Positions 28,201-32,751 of a stretch of DNA of 32,751 bases are shown here, in pieces. Within the stretch, counting starts at the first letter, position 1. Every line of letters begins with the position of its first letter. The position numbers were made by a program, and so were the translations under genes. Below the pieces are notes generated by a model. The model did not search any database and was not told where the DNA came from. It saw only the letters and a program-made list of their open reading frames with translations. Origin of the DNA: Octopus bimaculoides (lineage: Eukaryota); the NCBI RefSeq assembly GCF_001194135.2, contig NC_069008.1, positions 5,442,717-5,475,467 on the forward strand. Direction: 5' to 3'.

Positions 28201-29347
28201 CTACGTACGTACGTTCGTTCCTTCGTTCGTTCTTTCGTCCATTTGTTCGTTCGATCGTTCGTACATACTTACGCACGGTCGTTTGTACGTACGTACTTTC
28301 GTTCTTACGTTCGTACGTACGTCCGTTCGATCGTTCGTACTTTCATTCCTACTTTTGTTCGTTCGTTCGTACGCACATTCGTTCCATAGTTCATTCGATC
28401 TTTCGTTCGTTCGTTCGATCGGTCATTCGTTCGTACGTACGTTCGTTGCTTCGTACGTACGTTCGTTTCGTCGTTCGTACGTACATACGTTCTTTCCTTA
28501 TTCCCTGCCTACGTAATACGTACGTAAGTTCGTTCGGTCGGTCGTACGTACGTTTGATCGTTTATTCGTACGATTGTTCGTTCGTTCACACGCACGTACG
28601 TACGTGTTCGTTCGGTCGTACGTACGTACGTTTATTTGGTCGTTCGTTCGTACGTACATGCGTACGGTCGTTCGTTGTTTTGTTCGTTCGTTCGTATGTA
28701 CGTTCGATCTTTCGTTCGTTCCTTCGTTTGATCGTTCGTTCCTTCTTTCGTACGTACGTTTGCTCGTTCATTCGTGCGTACATACGTTCTTTCCTTATTC
28801 CCTGCCTACGTAATACGTACGAACCTTCGTTCATTCCTTCGTTCGTTCACTCGTACGTACGTACGTACTTACGTACATACATTCGTTCGTTCTTTTTACG
28901 TATGTACGTACGTTCGTTTGTTCGTTCGTTCTGTCCTACGTACGGACGAACGTTCGTTCCTTCTTTCGTCTATTTGTTCTTTCGATCGTTCGTTCGTACA
29001 TACTTACTTTCGTTCGTTTGTACGTATGTTCGTTCTTACGTACATGCCTACGTTCGTTAGTTCAATCGTTCGTTATTTCCTTCGTACGTACTATCTTTCG
29101 TTCGTTCGTACGTACGTTCTTTCATTCGTACTTTTGTTCGTTCGTTCGTCGTTTCATTCGTACTTTTGTTCGTTCGTTTGTTCGTACGTACATTCGTTCG
29201 TTCGTTTGTTCGATCTTTCGTTCGTACTTACGTACATGCCTACATCCGTTCGTCCAATCGTACGTACGTTCGTTCTTTTCTTCGTTCGTTCGTTCGTTCA
29301 TTCGTTCTTTTGTTCGTTCGTTCGTACATACGTACGTTCACTCGTTC
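25264..29347 (-). repeat. Inverted block of the same satellite (about 4,084 bp)
   Basis: Words switch from AACG to CGTT/TTCG at 25,263/25,264 and back at 29,347/29,348. The landmark motif appears as its reverse complement (CCTTATTCCCTGCCTACGTAATA) 8 times, and the long FVRS-type ORFs move from - to +. Confidence 0.96.
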
Positions 29348-29890
29348 GAACGAATGAACGATCGAACGAAGAAACGAACGCACGTACCTACGAATGAAGG
29401 AACGAACGTTCGTCCGTATGAACGTACGTAGGAACGAAAGAACGAACGAATGTATGTACGTAAGAACGAAAGATCGAACGAAAGAACGAACGTACGTACG
29501 TATGTACGAACGAACGAAAGAACAAACGAACGAACCAAGGAACAAAAGAACGATCGAACGAAGGTACGTACATACATCCCTACGTACGATCGAACGAACG
29601 AATGTACGTACGTGCGAACGAACGAACATAGTACGAACGAACGCACGAACAAAGGAAATAACGAACGAACGAATGAAGGAAAGAACGAACGAAAGATAGA
29701 ATGAACGAACGATCGAACGAATGTTCGTACGTACGAACGAACAAAAGAACGAAATAACGAATAAATTATGGAACCAACGTACTTACGTACGAACGAACGT
29801 ATGTACGAACGAATGAACGAATGATTGAATGAACGAACGTACGCATGTACGTACGAACGAACGTACGTACATATGAACGTACAAACGAAA
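29348..29890 (+). repeat. Terminal segment of the satellite in A-rich orientation
   Basis: AACG/TACG words resume after TTCGAA at 29,345-29,350 and continue to the SINE junction. This segment has no landmark motif. Confidence 0.93.
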
Positions 29891-29942
29891 TATCGCTAAG
29901 CATTTCGTCCGGCGTGCTAACGATTCTGCCAGTTCGCCTCCT

Positions 29943-29943
<1 letters not shown>
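29885..29943 (-). mobile_element. 5' head of a tRNA-derived SINE containing the Pol III A-box, truncated at the satellite
   Basis: The minus strand reads AAGGAGGCGAACTGGCAGAATCGTTAGCACGCCGGACGAAATGCTTAGCGATATTTCGT, with the A-box-like TGGCAGAATCG at 29931-29921. From memory it resembles the head of an abundant octopus tRNA-derived SINE; not verified by search. Confidence 0.72.

Positions 29944-30004
<61 letters not shown>
29944..30004 (+). repeat. Perfect (TAA)20 microsatellite, probably the (ATT)n tail of the adjacent minus-strand SINE
   Basis: 20 uninterrupted TAA units plus T, directly abutting CCTTTCTACTATAGG, the 3' end of the minus-strand element. Confidence 0.97.
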
Positions 30005-30173
30005 CCTTTCTACTATAGGCTCAAAGCCTGAAATTTTTGGAAGAAGGGACGAGTCGATTACATCGACCCCAGTGTTTTCACTTGTACTTAATTTATCGAC
30101 CCAGAAAGGATGAAAGGCAAAGTGGACCAGAGCGGAATTTGAACGCAGGACATGAAGATCGACGTAAGTGCTA
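30005..30173 (-). mobile_element. Body and 3' end of the same tRNA-derived SINE type (B-box, central domain, tail), lacking the A-box
   Basis: B-box-like GTTCAAATTCC at 30144-30134 is followed on - by GGTCCACTTTGCCTTTCATCCTTTCTGGGTCGATAAATTAAGTAC, which from memory resembles conserved central domains of animal SINEs. A GTCGAT-TAC-ATCGAC stem-loop lies at 30053-30067, and the element ends in AGAAAGG-(ATT)n. The boundary near 30173 is uncertain. Confidence 0.72.
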
Positions 30174-30185
30174 TAATTTTAAAAG

Positions 30186-30235
30186 CAACAGTAACAACAT
30201 AACAACAACATCAACACTAGCAACAACAACAACAA
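30186..30235 (+). repeat. Degenerate (CAA)n microsatellite
   Basis: CAACAGTAACAACATAACAACAACATCAACACTAGCAACAACAACAACAA. Confidence 0.85.
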
Positions 30236-30401
30236 TGTTTAATCTGGCATGAAAACAAATGAAAGAGTGACAAGTCACTAAAAATAATCTCCCTTCCCTA
30301 ACCTCCAACACACATATAACCGTCTCAACTCTCAGTGCACCTCCAAACTCCTTACTCGAACCTGCTACTCTAGAGTACCTGCCTCCTACCCAGCTTTTCC
30401 A

Positions 30402-30800
30402 ACCATCCACCTCTACCACCACCACCGCCGCCAACACCACCATCAACACCATTAAATCAACCTCTACTCCACCGACATCAAAATCATCATCTTTAACAGT
30501 AGCAGGTAGCAAGAGCCCTACTACCATCACAATAAATACCATCAAAACCATCACCATCACATCAATCATTACCACGACCACCATTGTCACCACTGACCCC
30601 ATCATTACTACCACCACCAAAACCACAATCACCACCACCACCACCACAATCTCCACTACCACCACCACCAACAACATTCTCAGTAACAACACCACCACGA
30701 CAACCACCACTGTCGCCACGACCACTATCCCCCACCAGAACCAGGACGAAAAACACCGCTAGCACAATCGCCGGCAACGTAACCACAACCACCTGCAACT
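30402..30800 (+). repeat. Degenerate (ACC)/(ATC) trinucleotide low-complexity tract
   Basis: Runs of ACCACCACC interspersed with ATC, ACT and ACA triplets. Confidence 0.88.
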
Positions 30801-31831
30801 AATACGTCCGCCATACCTACGCATACACACAGAAGAGACAAGTGTATATACTCCCTCCGGTATAGACATACACACACAGAAGTTCTCACAAATATACAAT
30901 CATACAAACAGGCACACGTACACACTCACTCATACAGGAACGCACACACAAACATACAGAGACGCACACCGGCACAAAACATTCACACACAGACGTTCAT
31001 ACATACATACACGTACACCTATATATGCAAGTACACAAAGATGCATACAGATACACACACACACATATATATGCACACACGCACACATACAGACTAACAG
31101 AGTGAAGCACAAACACAAATGAACACACTTATACACACACACACACTACACGCATACATACATACACACGCTCATAGCTATAGACATAAATGCGTGCACA
31201 CATACACAAACGTGTAGAAAAATACACACGCATACTTGCGTACAAGACAGACAAGCATATACACATCGATACACACAGATACGCACTCGTGCACACGCAC
31301 ATACTCAAAGAAACACACACACACACACACAGACACATAAACACAGACATACACATCCAGGTACACACACACACGCACACACAGACACACATACACGCGC
31401 ACGTACGCAGGCATACACATACATTACAACAAAATCAATATAAACGCTGATGGTGAAAAATGGCGGCCACTAATCTTTATGATTTCCTCGTTAATTATAA
31501 AATAACAAAAAATATCGCACGCACGCGCAGACACCCCCACCCACACATCCGCATACACACATACAAGCATATATATATACTTAAAAACACGTGAAGAAAC
31601 TCGTATATAGCGTTTAAACACTGGAGTACACAACGATGTATACAGACTCTTATGTAGACACACACACACATACATATATGGTTACAGTAATACGAACCCA
31701 CAAACAGAATATTTTATACTTTGTCATAAAACACACACACGTATATTTGTACACATATGTACACAAACAAGTATATATACATATACACGCATACACACTC
31801 ATATATGTATGCGTATATGCGATATCCGTAC

Positions 31832-31865
<34 letters not shown>

Positions 31866-31924
31866 GTACATATGTATATATATATGTACGCACATTCACA
31901 CACAGGATGATACGTATGTATGTG

Positions 31925-31928
<4 letters not shown>

Positions 31929-31967
<39 letters not shown>
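31929..31967 (+). repeat. (TA)n microsatellite, truncated by a gap
   Basis: Perfect TA alternation up to the N run. Confidence 0.97.
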
Positions 31968-31977
31968 NNNNNNNNNN
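31968..31977. other. Assembly gap (10 N)
   Basis: Run of N between (TA)n and (TG)n. Confidence 0.99.

Positions 31978-32042
<65 letters not shown>
31978..32042 (+). repeat. (TG)n microsatellite (65 bp)
   Basis: Perfect TG alternation. Confidence 0.98.
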
Positions 32043-32044
<2 letters not shown>

Positions 32045-32066
32045 TTATGCCTACACACTCACACAG

Positions 32067-32090
32067 TCTCTCTCTCTCTCTCTCTCTCTC
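32067..32090 (+). repeat. (TC)12 microsatellite
   Basis: Twelve perfect TC units. Confidence 0.96.
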
Positions 32091-32751
32091 GCACACACAC
32101 ACACACAAACAGGCTCATACGCGCACACACACATACACGCGCGCGTAAAATATAGAATCGCACACTTACAGACAATATATTGCAAATACACATAGCCAAA
32201 TATAAGCCAATATACACATTACACACACTAACATAAACACATATAGTAAGACAAGTCCACGCAAAAATAAAATCATATATATATATACACACATAGAAAG
32301 ACACACATACACACACAGACATACGTAAGCTAAGACTATAAACTTCTGTTTATCGTAATTTCTCATATATATACATACATGCATATATGTATATCTATAT
32401 ATCTATATATTTTTGTTTTGCAAGATTTTTTTATGTGAAATCGTGTGTTGAAACAGATGTTGTTGTACTTGGGGATGGTCATATTGCCAGTTTAGCCAAT
32501 AAAAACACACGCACTGTATATTTGGTGTTAATTTGCTTCAGCTTTATTTTACATTACATTACATTAATCCTATTCCGGTCAGAGTTCTTTCGTCACACTT
32601 CTGTGACCTCATCAGTGGTCCTTTGCTTTCTTCTTTCTTATGTGTGTCCCACCTTGCTAACGGTCAGCCATTTTGTATTTTGTATTCCTATTGTATGTGT
32701 CTACGCATGCGTATCCCTCAATGTGTGTCTATGTTTTGTTAAGTGCATGTG

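Larger units (their letters stand above)
458..28815. repeat. Family of 34 interspersed copies of a 41-bp landmark motif TATTACGTAGG(T/C)AGGGAATAAGGAAAGAACGTATGTACGTA
   Basis: The GGGAATAAGG core or a 1-2 nt variant lies on + at 471, 2053, 4698, 6065, 6823, 7098, 7945, 8420, 8771, 10692, 11171, 11586, 11929, 13349, 13784, 14529, 15700, 16625, 17320, 18706, 19240, 20349, 20672, 21963, 22640 and 24185. On - it lies at 25584, 26186, 26393, 27044, 27383, 28069, 28496 and 28793. Counted by eye. Confidence 0.92.
30815..32420. repeat. Degenerate (AC)n/(AT)n dinucleotide-rich region
   Basis: Dense ACACAC, ATACAC and ATATAT tracts, giving CV/HT/YI pseudo-ORFs. Confidence 0.9.

Noticed and set aside
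458-28815. CRISPR-like array (conserved ~41-bp repeat with variable intervening sequence)
   Set aside because: The intervals are 200-2,650 bp and made of the same repetitive words rather than unique 25-45-bp spacers. There are no cas genes or leader, and the context is eukaryotic.
96-29704. Well over a hundred ORFs up to 546 aa (FVRS/YVRT-rich and TNER-rich)
   Set aside because: These are the direct translation of (TTCG)n/(TACG)n and (AACG)n, which contain no stop codons. They overlap in all frames, swap strand exactly at the inversion, and show no domain-like sequence.
1-29890. Synthetic DNA or restriction-modification site array (dense SnaBI, BsiWI, PvuI and BstBI sites)
   Set aside because: The site density follows from the TACG lattice. 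Nested duplications, subfamily layers and natural SINE and microsatellite flanks indicate a natural eukaryotic origin.
29885-30173. Functional tRNA gene
   Set aside because: The A-box and B-box lie on separate fragments in the wrong order, separated by a microsatellite. No cloverleaf can be built.
30037-30252. 71-aa ORF starting in the SINE
   Set aside because: It starts at a TTG, is antisense to the SINE body and runs into a CAA microsatellite. There is no coding evidence.
30171-30725. 184-aa Val-rich minus-strand ORF resembling a membrane protein
   Set aside because: It is the antisense reading of the ACC/CAA tracts (GTG/GTT codons), so the hydrophobicity is a compositional artefact.
30725-32742. 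Cys/Val-, His/Thr- and Tyr/Ile-rich ORFs
   Set aside because: These are translations of (TG)n, (CA)n and (TA)n dinucleotide tracts. The last ORF (32533-32742) is short, with no recognisable features.

Overview
Non-coding eukaryotic scaffold fragment with no credible protein-coding gene, RNA gene or CRISPR array. Positions 1 to about 29,890 are one complex satellite built on a 4-nt lattice of AACG/TACG words. The satellite has a conserved 41-bp landmark motif (34 copies counted by eye) and a recurring order of longer modules. It also contains a ~3.5-kb tandem duplication (about 14.7-18.1 and 18.1-21.7 kb) and a 4.08-kb internal inversion (25,264-29,347) whose two breakpoints lie at the centres of short imperfect palindromes. 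The array runs without a spacer into the head of a tRNA-derived SINE on the minus strand. Next come (TAA)20 and the body of the same SINE type, then CAA-, ACC-, AC/AT-, TG- and TC-type simple repeats. From memory, the SINE sequence and microsatellite landscape resemble octopus genomes; this was not checked by a database search. The long FVRS/YVRT and TNER ORFs are artefacts of stop-poor tetramer repeats. There are five N gaps, and two have duplicated flanks typical of short-read scaffolding. I found no new enzymatic system; the points of interest are the satellite's architecture and its junctions.
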